A DNA stretch of 64,000 nt from a candidate division FCPU426 bacterium (GCA_040756875.1 JBFLYH010000002.1:542526-606525); one strand, 5' to 3'; positions 41,046 to 53,578 are shown, counted from the first letter of the stretch. Translations and numbers: made by a program. Notes: generated by a model not told the origin, from the letters alone.

Positions 41046-42803
41046 TCATCCTTCCGCCTGGCGGCCCCTCGCCATGCCGAACTGGAGGCGCACCAGCTTC
41101 TTGTACAGCCCGTTGCGCCGCATCAATTCGGCGTGGCGGCCGCGCTCCACAATGCGCCCCTGGTCCAGCACCACGATCTGGTGGGCGTGCTGGACCGTGG
41201 ACAGGCGGTGCGCGATCACCAGGGTGGTGCGGTGACGCATCAAGCGGTCCAGGGCCGCCTGGATGAGCCGCTCGGACTCGGTGTCCAGGGCCGAGGTGGC
41301 CTCGTCCAAAATAAGGATCGGAGGGTTGCGGAGCACGGCCCGGGCAATGGCCAGGCGCTGGCGCTGGCCGCCGGATAGCCGCACGCCCCGTTCGCCGATC
41401 AGGGTCTCGTACCCCTGCCGGGTCTGGAGGATGAACTCGTGCGCGTTCGCGGCTTTGGCCGCCTCCTCAATCTCCCGCTGGCTGGCGTCCGGCTTGCTGT
41501 AGGCGATGTTGTTGCGGATGGTGTCGTTGAACAGGATGGTGTCCTGCGTGACCAGGCCGATGTTCCCCCTAAGCGACGCCAGGGTCAGGTCGCGCAGATC
41601 GTGGCCGTCGAGGGTGATGGCGCCTTCGGTCGGATCGGCGAAGCGCGGCAGCAGGTCCACCAGCGTGGTTTTACCCGCGCCCGAGCGCCCCACGATCGCC
41701 AGGATCTCGCCCGCGCGGGCGGTGAGCTGGATCTGCTGGAGGACCAGCCGGTCGGACTGGTAGCCGAAGCTCAGGTTGTGGAATTCGATCTTGTGCTTGA
41801 ACGCGCGCAGGGGCTTGGCGCCCGGCCGGTCCTGGATAAGCGGCGGCCGGTCCAGCAGCTCGAACACCCGCTGCGCCGCGGCCAGGGCCGACTGCACCGT
41901 GTTGTTGATGCCCGCCATGTTCTTGACCTGCGGATAGAGGGAGGCCAGGGCGCCGAGAAAGGCGAAAAACGTGCCGGTGGTGGATTCGCCCCGGATGACC
42001 TGGGTGCCGGACCACACGATCATGGCGCAGATGCCGAACGAGCCGATGAACTCCATCAGCGGGCTGGAAAGCGCGGTCCGCCTGAGCGCGCGCATGGTCA
42101 CGTCGAAGTACCGCTGCATCTCCTCGCGGAAGCGCTTGATCTCGAAGGCCTGCATGCCGAAGGCCTTCACCACCCGGATCCCGGTGATGCTCTCGTGCAG
42201 CACGGTGGTCACGTCGGCCATTTTGGCCTGGGCCTGGTGCGACAGCTTGCGCAAGGTCTTGCCGATGCTGATCACCGGATAGACCGCCACCGGAAACACC
42301 ACCAGGGACAGGAAGGCGAGCTGCCAGTTCAGGTAGAACAGGAGCGTGACCAGGGATACGATGGTCAGGATGGCGCCCAGCAGGCGCCCCAGCACGTTCG
42401 AAACCGCAGCCTGCATCAGCGTACTGTCGTGGGTCACGCGCGAGATCAGCATGCCGCTGCGCTGGCCGTGGAAGAAACTCAGCTCCTGCCGCATGAGGTG
42501 GCCGTAGAGCTGGTTGCGGACGTCCATGACGATGCGGTTGCCGATATGGTTGATCAGGTAGTCCTGGCCGTAGGTGCTAAAGCCTTTCAGCAGATAAGTG
42601 AGCACGATGGCCACGGGCACCAGGCGCAGATAGAACAAGGCCTGGACCTGGTCGGGATTGCCGAAAACCTTGTCCAGCACCGGCTTGATCAGGTACATGC
42701 CCATCGCGGTCAGGGCCGCGGTCAGGGCCAGGCACAGCAGGGCGGCGAACACGCGGCCCGCGTACGGCCGGGCGTACCGCAGCAATCTCAGATACAGTTG
42801 CAT
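41046..42803 (-). CDS. msbA: lipid A export ABC transporter (MsbA-like)
   Basis: Six-TM domain plus NBD (GRSGAGKT, LSGGQRQR, LDEATSALD); lies in the LPS cluster. Confidence 0.8.
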   Translation of the reverse strand: MQLYLRLLRYARPYAGRVFAALLCLALTAALTAMGMYLIKPVLDKVFGNPDQVQALFYLRLVPVAIVLTYLLKGFSTYGQDYLINHIGNRIVMDVRNQLYGHLMRQELSFFHGQRSGMLISRVTHDSTLMQAAVSNVLGRLLGAILTIVSLVTLLFYLNWQLAFLSLVVFPVAVYPVISIGKTLRKLSHQAQAKMADVTTVLHESITGIRVVKAFGMQAFEIKRFREEMQRYFDVTMRALRRTALSSPLMEFIGSFGICAMIVWSGTQVIRGESTTGTFFAFLGALASLYPQVKNMAGINNTVQSALAAAQRVFELLDRPPLIQDRPGAKPLRAFKHKIEFHNLSFGYQSDRLVLQQIQLTARAGEILAIVGRSGAGKTTLVDLLPRFADPTEGAITLDGHDLRDLTLASLRGNIGLVTQDTILFNDTIRNNIAYSKPDASQREIEEAAKAANAHEFILQTRQGYETLIGERGVRLSGGQRQRLAIARAVLRNPPILILDEATSALDTESERLIQAALDRLMRHRTTLVIAHRLSTVQHAHQIVVLDQGRIVERGRHAELMRRNGLYKKLVRLQFGMARGRQAEG

Positions 42804-42876
42804 GGTCGGGGGTCCTCGTTTAGCCGCTCCGGCCGGGCGTGGGGCCCGGCCGGAGGCTCTTGGCGTTGCGGGATAA

Positions 42877-45108
42877 TTACTCGGGAATCCGGATGATGAC
42901 TTCCACCCGCCGGTTTTTGGTGCGCCCGGCGGCCGTGCGGTTGGTGGCAATGGGCTTGGTCGGCCCCCAGCCGTTGATGGTCAGCTGGTAATCCGGCACG
43001 TTCTGCTCCTCCACCATGAACCGGCGCACAGATTCGGCCCGCACCAGGGACAGCTTCATGTTCAGGGCCTTGGGGCCGGTGGAATCCGTGTGACCTTCGA
43101 GCACCGCGTCGCAACTGGGCGAATCCAGGATCAGGTAGGCGCTCTTGATCACCTTGTCGAACATTTCGGCCGTGAGATAGGCCTTGCCCGTGTCGAAAAG
43201 AATGTCGCCGACCTTGATGGTCATGCGGTTCTCGTTGGGGTACACCTGCCCCAGCACGGGCCGCAGCTTGTCCGCGATCAGGACCTGCGAGCCGTCCGCT
43301 TCCAGATAGGACAGTTCGTAGCGGTAGCTGCCGTTGTTGGCCACCACGGTGCCGCTGTCGTCTTTGGAATCCCAGGCGAACGCCTTGAACAGCTCCTCCT
43401 GGGAGCGGTAGGTGCGGATCACCTGGTTGCTGGCGTCGAAGATGTCCAGCTTCCACTCTTTGGTGCCTTTGACCGGGTCCTTGATCGAGAAATAGACCTT
43501 GTCCGGATAAACTTCGTAATTCTTGCTGGTGTAGAGTTTGGGAATGGTGTCCACGATCACCAGCGTGCCGGAGACCGTGCGGGTCGTCCCGTCCATCAGT
43601 TTGAGGTCAAGGGCGTATGGGTACTGCTCCTTGGAGGACACCCGCTTGGTGCCGTCCTTGGCGTTCCAGCTATAGGACGGTTCCGGATTGCCCGGGCCTT
43701 GGTAGCGCTTCAGGACGCGGCCGCGGCGGTCGGTGATTTGCAGGTTCCAGGTGCTGATCGTGCCCGCGTCCTCGGGAATCTTGGGCACCAGGGTCAGGGT
43801 GCCGGTGAAGCCCACGAACGTGCCGTGCAGTTTGGGGATCTTTCCGGTCAGCGTAGGCTGGGCCGTGGGACGCTGGGTGGGCGAGGGCGTAACCGTCGGC
43901 GTCACGGTCATCGTGGGCGTGGCGGTCGGCGTGGGCGTGGCCGGCGGCGCCACCAGGGCGCCGGTGTGCCAGTCGACCGAAATCCGCTGGTTCCACTCGG
44001 GATTCTGGCCCGGATAGGTCCCCAATTCGCGGCCGTAATAGGCGTAATCGATGTTGATGAAGCTCGTGACCAGCGAAATGCCGGCCGTGGGATAGCCCTG
44101 GCTGAATCCGCCGCGCAGGGCGATGAGGCCGGAAAGCAGGAATTCCAGCCCCACGCGAAGCTTGGACATGTTGATGGCCGTGGCGTTGTTGGCGCTGTTG
44201 CGGAACTCATTGTCACCCTGCCAGTTCAGTTCCACCAGGTCCACGGCCAGCACCGTGTCCAGGTCCTGGAAATTCAGCCACCAGGGTTGGTAGGCGAACC
44301 CCAGCTTCAGGTTCGGGGTGATGACCTCGTCGAGCAGGCGGCTGTAAATGTCAGCCATCACAAGGGCCACGGTGATCTCCTCGGTCGGCTGGTACATGAA
44401 GCCCAGGTCCAGGCCGCCGCCCCACTCCATGGTCAGGTTCAAATCATCCAGGTCGAGCACGCTGCGGTTTTCTTCCTGCGATTTGGCCTGCTGGATGGCC
44501 TTGACCGTGAACCCCGCGGCCAGGTAGCCGAACTGGGGAATGTCCCAACCCCAGCCCCAGGACATGTTTTCGATCAGGCCGGCCCGGATGGTCCAGGAGG
44601 CTTCGGGCAGCAGGATGGCTCCGGTTTCCAGCAGCGCCTCGTCGAACAGCCACAAGCCCAGCCCGAAATTGGGCTGGATGTACGACAAACTGTTCTGGTT
44701 GAGCATGTGCATGCGCGTGTGGGAGAGCCGGTCCACGGCCTCCACGGTGTCCGGCGACAGGCTGCCGCCCATGAAATTGGTGAAGGCGTCGACATTGCCC
44801 AGCAGGAACATCAGGTTGTCGAAAGAACGGATGTCCGTGCCGAACAGGAGCTTGGGAAAGGTAAACCGCCAGTAATTCAGGCGCGCCAATCCGGCCGGGT
44901 TGTAGAACAACGCATTCTCGTCGTCCGCCACGGCCGTGAAGGCGCCGCCCATGCCCAACGGCCTGATGCCTTCAACGTAAATCCTTTCGGTGTTATCGCC
45001 CAGGATGAACTGCTGGCGCCGGGTTTCCCCGCCCCAGACGGTTGCCGCCCATCCTGCGGCCAAAACGGCCAGGCAGGCGATTGCGAACGCTCGGTAGCCA
45101 CGCGGCAT
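42877..45108 (-). CDS. PorV/TraF-like beta-barrel + Thr/Pro linker + Ig-like repeats + OmpA peptidoglycan-binding domain
   Basis: GIRPLGMGGAFTAVADDENALFYNPAGLA; two W-x-L-x-I-x-D...W(N/D)xKD repeats; ILFDTGK...GHTDSTG...NRRVEV. Confidence 0.8.
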   Translation of the reverse strand: MPRGYRAFAIACLAVLAAGWAATVWGGETRRQQFILGDNTERIYVEGIRPLGMGGAFTAVADDENALFYNPAGLARLNYWRFTFPKLLFGTDIRSFDNLMFLLGNVDAFTNFMGGSLSPDTVEAVDRLSHTRMHMLNQNSLSYIQPNFGLGLWLFDEALLETGAILLPEASWTIRAGLIENMSWGWGWDIPQFGYLAAGFTVKAIQQAKSQEENRSVLDLDDLNLTMEWGGGLDLGFMYQPTEEITVALVMADIYSRLLDEVITPNLKLGFAYQPWWLNFQDLDTVLAVDLVELNWQGDNEFRNSANNATAINMSKLRVGLEFLLSGLIALRGGFSQGYPTAGISLVTSFINIDYAYYGRELGTYPGQNPEWNQRISVDWHTGALVAPPATPTPTATPTMTVTPTVTPSPTQRPTAQPTLTGKIPKLHGTFVGFTGTLTLVPKIPEDAGTISTWNLQITDRRGRVLKRYQGPGNPEPSYSWNAKDGTKRVSSKEQYPYALDLKLMDGTTRTVSGTLVIVDTIPKLYTSKNYEVYPDKVYFSIKDPVKGTKEWKLDIFDASNQVIRTYRSQEELFKAFAWDSKDDSGTVVANNGSYRYELSYLEADGSQVLIADKLRPVLGQVYPNENRMTIKVGDILFDTGKAYLTAEMFDKVIKSAYLILDSPSCDAVLEGHTDSTGPKALNMKLSLVRAESVRRFMVEEQNVPDYQLTINGWGPTKPIATNRTAAGRTKNRRVEVIIRIPE

Positions 45109-45118
45109 AAAGGGCCTC

Positions 45119-45922
45119 CTACTGATTGGCAAGAATCTGCCAGGGGTCGAACTGGTTGATGACATCCTCGATCAGCGAACGGGCCATGCTGTTGACGGCC
45201 GCCACCTGCAGACGCTGCAGCGAGGCGGCGATGTCGCTTTGCATGGCCGTAAGGAAAAACGTCGGCGGCTGCTGGCCGCTGCTGTTGATCAGCCACAGGA
45301 ATTCGTTGGGCAGCTGCGCCAGCAGGGCCGGATCCAGGCCCAGGGCCGCGAGTTCCGGCGTGCCCTGCACCAGCGTTTGAATGGAGAAATCCGCGGAAAT
45401 CTGTTCCAGGCGCGCCACGATCCGCAGCAGGTACAGCACCCCTGTGGTCAGGTTAAGGTTGACGTCCTTGGAGCGGTAGGGGCCGTCAGTCTGGCCCAGC
45501 ACCACCGGATCCAGCACGGCGATCATTTCGGAAAGGATGTCTTCGACATCCGCATAGGTAGCCACGCCCCACTGGCTGGGAACCAGGAATTCGTAGTTCT
45601 GGTTGGATCCGGAATCGCTGTTAACAGCCTTGATGAACGTATTGGCGAACTCTCCCAGGCTGAAACCCTGCTGCCCCATCCGGGCCTGCGCGTAACCAAC
45701 GCGCGCTTCGGAGTCCCGCGGATTGTTCTCGCCCGCCTGCCGGAAATACTTGACCGCCAGCGCGTAATCCCCGCGTTCCAGCGCGGCCTTGCCGTCCGCG
45801 ACCAGAACGTGGGCATTGCTTTCGCGGCCGTCGCTGTGCAATCCGGCCAGAAAATTGCAACCAGCCGCAAGACCGGCCGTGGCCAGCAGCAGCCCCAATC
45901 CCAGAAAGCGTATGCGCGCCAT
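45119..45922 (-). CDS. TPR-containing lipoprotein
   Basis: Lipobox LAAGC, single TPR (GKAALERGDYALAVKYF); 10 bp from the barrel-OmpA gene. Confidence 0.7.
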   Translation of the reverse strand: MARIRFLGLGLLLATAGLAAGCNFLAGLHSDGRESNAHVLVADGKAALERGDYALAVKYFRQAGENNPRDSEARVGYAQARMGQQGFSLGEFANTFIKAVNSDSGSNQNYEFLVPSQWGVATYADVEDILSEMIAVLDPVVLGQTDGPYRSKDVNLNLTTGVLYLLRIVARLEQISADFSIQTLVQGTPELAALGLDPALLAQLPNEFLWLINSSGQQPPTFFLTAMQSDIAASLQRLQVAAVNSMARSLIEDVINQFDPWQILANQ

Positions 45923-45961
45923 TTCCGCTCACCTCACCCCAAGTTAGGAACAGGTTTCGTC

Positions 45962-45991
45962 ATTATAGCGCATTGGCTTGCATAGCGTCAA
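45962..45991 (-). promoter_or_regulatory. sigma70-type promoter
   Basis: TTGACG-18 nt-TATAAT. Confidence 0.5.
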
Positions 45992-46092
45992 ATTTTATGG
46001 AAGGTTATTAGAAAGACAGATACATATGATGTAGGGACCGGTTTGTTCCGGCCCTATATACAGGGGCGCTGCGAAAAAACGGTTGTGCATGT

Positions 46093-47079
46093 TTAAAACA
46101 GCCAGGCCAATCCTACGGTCAGGCCCAGTCCGCCGCCCATTTTTCCGGCTATGCCGTCCAGGGCGAAATCAGGACGCGTAAGGTAACGGACGCCGACGTA
46201 ATATTCGTCCGTGCCAATCCAATCCGGCAATGAATCATACGCCACGGTCAGCCACAGCCAGCGGGGATCAATGATCATCTCGCAGGCCAGGCGCGTGCCC
46301 ATTTCCAGGCGGGTGACACCCGTTTCCTCGGCCCGTTCCCTGCCGACCTGAAGTTCCAGCAGCAGCTCGGCGTGGAAGCGGAACCGTTCCAGAAAAGACT
46401 GCGTTTCCGGCTTGGTTTCCAGGGCCCGGGCCAGGGAACCCAGGTCCTTCGAAACCAGGGCGCCTAATTGGACCCGGTTGCCCCGGAACAGGGTGGAACG
46501 GATTTCGTCGTGCGTGCGGTGGTTGAGATACCGCCAGCCGAACTTCGCGGCCAAGGCCGGACGGGTGTCCGCCGGCTCTTCGGAACGCAGACCGTATTGC
46601 AGGCCCACGCCCGCGGTATGGCTCGATCCCTGCACCGCCAGTTCGGCCGAGGCCGACAGCTCGGACATCGCCCCCCAGCGCAGGTTCGCCGACAAACCGG
46701 GCGGCGAGAGCAAAATCAGGCCCAGATCCACCTCGGTCCAATCCAGCGGAGGAAGATAGGCGCTGGGCGCATAGGGATAAAATTGGTGGGACCAGGTTTC
46801 CGAAGCTGGCAGAGGCTCGGATTCAGGGGTCGGAGTCGGAGTGGGCGTGGAAGTGGCGATGGGATAGGGGGCTTCTTCGCCGGATGGAAAAACCAGGGGG
46901 CCAACTGGTTCAGCTTGGAGCGGTTCCTCGCTGGCCAGGTCGTCGCCGGGCAGCATTTCCGGAGCGGAGGACAGCTGGGAGTCCTCGGCCCGAACCGCGC
47001 CGGCCGCCAGCCAGATCAAGCCGCAAGCCGCCAAAAACAGGACGCTCAGGATTTTAAACCAGACGCGCATGCGGTCCAC
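46093..47079 (-). CDS. hypothetical exported, probable outer-membrane protein
   Basis: Signal peptide (VRA-E), acidic/Pro linker, amphipathic strands, C-terminal aromatic F. Confidence 0.6.
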   Translation of the reverse strand: MDRMRVWFKILSVLFLAACGLIWLAAGAVRAEDSQLSSAPEMLPGDDLASEEPLQAEPVGPLVFPSGEEAPYPIATSTPTPTPTPESEPLPASETWSHQFYPYAPSAYLPPLDWTEVDLGLILLSPPGLSANLRWGAMSELSASAELAVQGSSHTAGVGLQYGLRSEEPADTRPALAAKFGWRYLNHRTHDEIRSTLFRGNRVQLGALVSKDLGSLARALETKPETQSFLERFRFHAELLLELQVGRERAEETGVTRLEMGTRLACEMIIDPRWLWLTVAYDSLPDWIGTDEYYVGVRYLTRPDFALDGIAGKMGGGLGLTVGLAWLF

Positions 47080-47123
47080 CTGCTTATTAACTGGTTGCCA
47101 AGCCGCCGAAAAAAATACTGGCC

Positions 47124-47230
47124 GTCATCGCGAGGTTCCCCGAGCTTGCCGAGGAGAACCGTGGCAATCTTCGTTTGTCAGGCCGGAGCCAGATTGCTTC
47201 GCTCCCCCGGGTGGGTTCGCTCGCAATGAC
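47124..47230. repeat. palindromic miniature repeat (GTCAT..GCGAG...CTCGCAATGAC type)
   Basis: Terminal inverted repeats GTCATCGCGAG and CTCGCAATGAC, with internal GCAATCT/AGATTGC. Confidence 0.7.
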
Positions 47231-47248
47231 CGATCCCCTTGCGGCCAG

Positions 47249-49668
<2,420 letters not shown>

Positions 49669-49694
49669 GGTTGGATACCTCTTTCTATATATGT

Positions 49695-49734
49695 AAAAAA
49701 GAAAACAACGCCCGGGCCTCTTCGGCCCGGGCAC
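49695..49734 (-). terminator. intrinsic terminator-like hairpin in the metK leader
   Basis: GCCCGGGCC-GAAGA-GGCCCGGGC followed by GTTGTTTTCTTTTTT on the minus strand. Confidence 0.7.
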
Positions 49735-49746
49735 AAATCGGTTTGA

Positions 49747-49775
49747 ATTATAGGAAGAGTCAGGCAGGCTGTCAA
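49747..49775 (-). promoter_or_regulatory. consensus sigma70 promoter upstream of metK
   Basis: TTGACA-17 nt-TATAAT, exact consensus. Confidence 0.8.
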
Positions 49776-49810
49776 GCACTACCGCTTCGGCCCGCCTCCA
49801 AAATGGGGCT

Positions 49811-51247
49811 TTACTTCTCCGGCACTTTCATTACCATATAGATCGGATAGTCGTCCCGCTCGATCTTGAGCAGCAGCTCTTCGCCGGGTTTGAGGGCCTT
49901 GAGCGCTTTGTCCACCACCCCGCGATTCTTCACCTGCAGGCGGTTGATTTCGCGGATGATGTCGCCGGGCTGGATGCCCGCGCCCTCGGCCGGGCTGCCG
50001 GGCTGCACGGCCTTGACCACCACGCCCGCCAGGTCGTTGGTCCGCAGCTGCCTGGCCAGCTGGGGCGTAAGGTCCTCGAACATCAGGCCCAGCACATTGC
50101 CCGTCTGGGGCGCTTTGGCCGCGCTGCGCGGAGCAGGCAGCGCCGCCGCGCCTTCGGCCTCGGACTGGTCGCCCACCTGGACTTTCACTTGCACGGTCCG
50201 GCCGTTGCGCAGCACCTCGACGCTGGTCGTGTCCTTGCCGTGCGTGCCGCCGACCAGGCGCTGCAGCTCGTTCGGGTTCTTCACGGCCTGGCCGTTGAAC
50301 CCCACGATCACGTCGCCGGCCTTGAGGCCCCCACGTTCCGCGGGGCCGTTTTCGGTCACAGCCGTGATCAGCACGCCCTCGGCGTTGGGCACGCGGAAAT
50401 GCTCGGCCAGCTCGGGCGTCAGAGGCTGGATGTAGACCCCCAGCCATCCGCGCCGCACCTGTCCGGTTTTCAAAATGTCCTGGTACACCCGTTTGGCCAT
50501 GTTTACAGGGATGGCGAAGCCGATGCCCAGCGACCCGCCGGTCCGGCTCACGATCAGGGTGTTGATCCCGATGACCTTGCCTTCCAGGTCCACCAGCGGA
50601 CCGCCGGAATTGCCGGGGTTGATGGAGGCGTCGGTTTGGATGAAATCATCGTACGGCCCTTGGCCGATCACGCGCCCCTTGGCGCTGATGATGCCCGAAG
50701 TCACGGTTTGTTCCAGGCCGAACGGGCTGCCCAGGGCCACGACCCAGTCCCCCACCTTGGCCGCGTCCGAATCGCCCAGGCCTGCTGCCGGCCAGCTGCG
50801 GCGGCCTTCCAGCTTGAGCACCGCCACATCGGTTTTCGGGTCTGTGCCCACGATCTTGGCCTTGTATTCCTTGCCGTCGTTGGTCTTGACCAGGATCTCG
50901 GCGGATTTTTCCACCACGTGGTTGTTGGTGAGAATGTAGCCCTCGGGGTCCACGATCACGCCGGAGCCCAGGCTCGTGCTTTGCTGCGGCGGCATTTCGC
51001 GCTGGAACTGGGGGCCGAAGAAATATTCGAAAAATTCCTGCATCTGGGGGTCGGCGAACTGCTGGGGGTAGGCGAACGGGCTCTGCACGATCCGGACCGC
51101 GCTGATGTTCACGACCGCGGGCCCGACTTTCTCGGCCACGTCGGAAAACGTGGCCGGGATCATGGCCGCCGGCCAGGCGGGCGTGGCGAGCAAGGCCGCC
51201 GCCAGGGCCAGGCCCGGTTTAATCAACCCATGCAATTTGGTTTTCAT
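49811..51247 (-). CDS. degP: DegP/HtrA (Do) serine protease with two PDZ domains
   Basis: Signal peptide, [22 protein letters not shown], two PDZ domains. Confidence 0.92.
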   Translation of the reverse strand: MKTKLHGLIKPGLALAAALLATPAWPAAMIPATFSDVAEKVGPAVVNISAVRIVQSPFAYPQQFADPQMQEFFEYFFGPQFQREMPPQQSTSLGSGVIVDPEGYILTNNHVVEKSAEILVKTNDGKEYKAKIVGTDPKTDVAVLKLEGRRSWPAAGLGDSDAAKVGDWVVALGSPFGLEQTVTSGIISAKGRVIGQGPYDDFIQTDASINPGNSGGPLVDLEGKVIGINTLIVSRTGGSLGIGFAIPVNMAKRVYQDILKTGQVRRGWLGVYIQPLTPELAEHFRVPNAEGVLITAVTENGPAERGGLKAGDVIVGFNGQAVKNPNELQRLVGGTHGKDTTSVEVLRNGRTVQVKVQVGDQSEAEGAAALPAPRSAAKAPQTGNVLGLMFEDLTPQLARQLRTNDLAGVVVKAVQPGSPAEGAGIQPGDIIREINRLQVKNRGVVDKALKALKPGEELLLKIERDDYPIYMVMKVPEK

Positions 51248-51352
51248 GAGATTCCTCCTGGGATCAGGCTGCCGCGCAGAACACGGGGCAATTTTTACGG
51301 GACAGGGACCGACTCTGTGACCTCAGTGGCGTGCCCGAATATTACTACACTT

Positions 51353-51379
51353 TTGGACCCTGATCAGTCCGAAACGTTC
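51353..51379 (-). promoter_or_regulatory. possible ECF/sigmaE-type promoter of degP
   Basis: GAACGT-16 nt-TCCAA. Confidence 0.4.
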
Positions 51380-51391
51380 ATATATAATATG

Positions 51392-51434
51392 AAAAACCCC
51401 AGCCCTGGGTTCCGAAAAACCCAGGGCTGGGGTT
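51392..51434 (-). terminator. intrinsic terminator of dnaK
   Basis: 17-bp perfect stem AACCCCAGCCCTGGGTT/AACCCAGGGCTGGGGTT ending in a T-run, 5 bp after the dnaK stop. Confidence 0.85.
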
Positions 51435-51439
51435 GGGAC

Positions 51440-53380
51440 TTATTTTTTCTTGTCATCCACGACTTTGTAGTCCGCCTCCACGGTCTGCCCGCCTTCCTCG
51501 GCCTCCCCGGTCGCCTGCCCGGCCTGGGCATGGCTGCCGTTGCCGCCGTTGCCGTTGGCGCGTCCGGCGCTGGCCTGCTGGTACAACTGGGCCGAGACCT
51601 TCTGGAAGACCTGGTTGAGATCGCCGGCCGCGGACTGGATGGCCTGCAGGTCCGTGCCCTTGGCCGCCTCGCGCAGCCGGTTCAGGGCCGACTCCACTTC
51701 GGACCGGTCCGAAGCCGGGACCTTGTCCCCGAGGTCTTTCAGGGTTTTTTCGGTCTGATACACCTGCTGGTCAGCCTGATTTTTGGCTTCGATCAGCTGC
51801 CGCTGTTCCTTGTCCTCTGCAGCGTGCGCTTCGGCTTCCTTGACCATGCGCTCGACTTCGTCCTTGTTCAGGCCGGAACTGGCGGTGATGGTGATCTTCT
51901 GTTCCTTGCCCGTGCCGAGGTCCTTGGCCGAAACGTGCAGGATGCCGTTGGCGTCGATGTCGAAGGCCACTTCGATCTGCGGCACGCCCCGGGGCGCAGG
52001 CGGAATGCCGTCGAGGTGGAACCGGCCGATGGTCTTGTTGTCCCGCGCCAGTTCCCGCTCGCCCTGCAGCACGTGGATCTCCACGGTGTTCTGGCTGTCC
52101 GCGGCCGTGGAGAAAATCTCGCTTTTGCGCGTGGGAATGGTGGTGTTGCGCTCGATGAGGTGCGTGGTCACTCCGCCCAGGGTTTCCACGCCCAGGGACA
52201 GGGGCGTGACGTCGAGCAGGAGCACGTCCTTTACCTCGCCGCGCAGCACGCCGGCCTGGATGGCCGCGCCCACGGCCACGACCTCGTCGGGATTGACGCT
52301 CTTGTTGGGTTCGCACCCGAAGAAGTCCTTGACGGTCTTTTGCACCAGCGGCATGCGCGTCTGGCCGCCCACCAGGATGACCTCCTGGATCTGCGCGGCT
52401 GAAAAACCGGCGTCGGCCAGGGCCTGCTTGACCGGGCCCAGCGTGCGCTCCACCAGCTGCCCGGTGAGCTGTTCCAGCTTGGCGCGGGTCAGGGTCATGG
52501 TCAGGTGCTTCGGCCCGTTCGTGTCCGCAGTGATGAAGGGCAGGTTGATCTCGCTCTGCAGGGTGGAGGAAAGCTCGATCTTGGCCTTTTCCGCCGCCTC
52601 CTTCAGGCGCTGCAGGGCCATTTTGTCCTTGCGCAGGTCCACGCCGTGGTCGCGCTTGAACTCGTCCGCCAGCCAGTGGATGATCACCTGGTCGAAATCG
52701 TCCCCGCCCAGGTGGGTGTCGCCGTTGGTGGACTTGACCTCGAACACGCCGTCGCCGATCTCCAGGATCGAAATGTCGAAGGTGCCGCCGCCCAGGTCAT
52801 AGACCGCGATTTTTTCGTTCTGCTTTTTCTTGTCCAGCCCATAGGCCAGGGCCGCGGCCGTGGGTTCGTTGATGATGCGCAGCACGTCCAGGCCCGCGAT
52901 CTTACCCGCGTCCTTGGTGGCCTGGCGCTGGCTGTCGTTGAAATACGCGGGCACGGTGATGACCGCTTCCGTGACCTTCTCGCCCAGGTAGGCCTCGGCG
53001 TCGGCCTTGAGCTTTTGCAGGATCATGGCCGAAATCTCGGGCGGCGCATAGGCCTCGCCGTGGGCCAGCACCCTCACATCGCCGTTGTTTGCGGCCTGGG
53101 TCTGGTACGGCACCAGTTTCTGCTCGGCCGAGGTCTCGCCGTACTTGCGCCCCATGAACCGTTTAATGGAGAACACGGTGTTCTCCGGGTTGGTCACGGC
53201 CTGGCGCTTGGCCGTCTGCCCGACCAGCCGCTCCCCGTTTTTCGTGAACGCCACAATGGAAGGCGTGGTGCGCCCTCCCTCGGCATTGGGAATGACCGCC
53301 GCCTCGCTAGCCTGCATGACTGCCACGCAGGAATTGGTGGTTCCCAAATCAATGCCTATCACTTTTGCCATGGTACTCAT
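51440..53380 (-). CDS. dnaK: chaperone DnaK
   Basis: [36 protein letters not shown]. Start is 53380 or 53371. Confidence 0.99.
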   Translation of the reverse strand: MSTMAKVIGIDLGTTNSCVAVMQASEAAVIPNAEGGRTTPSIVAFTKNGERLVGQTAKRQAVTNPENTVFSIKRFMGRKYGETSAEQKLVPYQTQAANNGDVRVLAHGEAYAPPEISAMILQKLKADAEAYLGEKVTEAVITVPAYFNDSQRQATKDAGKIAGLDVLRIINEPTAAALAYGLDKKKQNEKIAVYDLGGGTFDISILEIGDGVFEVKSTNGDTHLGGDDFDQVIIHWLADEFKRDHGVDLRKDKMALQRLKEAAEKAKIELSSTLQSEINLPFITADTNGPKHLTMTLTRAKLEQLTGQLVERTLGPVKQALADAGFSAAQIQEVILVGGQTRMPLVQKTVKDFFGCEPNKSVNPDEVVAVGAAIQAGVLRGEVKDVLLLDVTPLSLGVETLGGVTTHLIERNTTIPTRKSEIFSTAADSQNTVEIHVLQGERELARDNKTIGRFHLDGIPPAPRGVPQIEVAFDIDANGILHVSAKDLGTGKEQKITITASSGLNKDEVERMVKEAEAHAAEDKEQRQLIEAKNQADQQVYQTEKTLKDLGDKVPASDRSEVESALNRLREAAKGTDLQAIQSAAGDLNQVFQKVSAQLYQQASAGRANGNGGNGSHAQAGQATGEAEEGGQTVEADYKVVDDKKK

Positions 53381-53423
53381 CTCCTTTTTCCTTGCGGATC
53401 ATAGTGATTCGCTTCATTATTAA

Positions 53424-53440
53424 TGCAAGCCGCATGCCAA
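53424..53440 (-). promoter_or_regulatory. sigma54 (-24/-12) promoter of dnaK
   Basis: TTGGCATGCGGCTTGCA matches TGGCAC-N5-TTGCW. Confidence 0.75.
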
Positions 53441-53530
53441 CTCCGGAAGATCCTCCACAAAATAAACCGTTTGTTTTTAAAGGGTTTATTTCAGGCCTGC
53501 CCGAATGACCTGTGCTGCGGTCCGGCCCGG

Positions 53531-53551
53531 GTGTTTCACAGTCTGAAACAC
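53531..53551. promoter_or_regulatory. palindromic putative upstream activator site
   Basis: GTGTTTCA-N5-TGAAACAC about 90 bp upstream of the -24 box. Confidence 0.55.
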
Positions 53552-53578
53552 TATATTAATATGAAACGCCGCGGTTAC

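Noticed and set aside
50189-52402. Long plus-strand ORFs (also 43090-45159, 61184-63295, 13775-15598, 26865-28463)
   Set aside because: Antisense shadows of well-conserved high-GC genes, with no recognisable motifs.
53381-53575. CIRCE element upstream of dnaK
   Set aside because: No TTAGCACTC-N9-GAGTGCTAA present.
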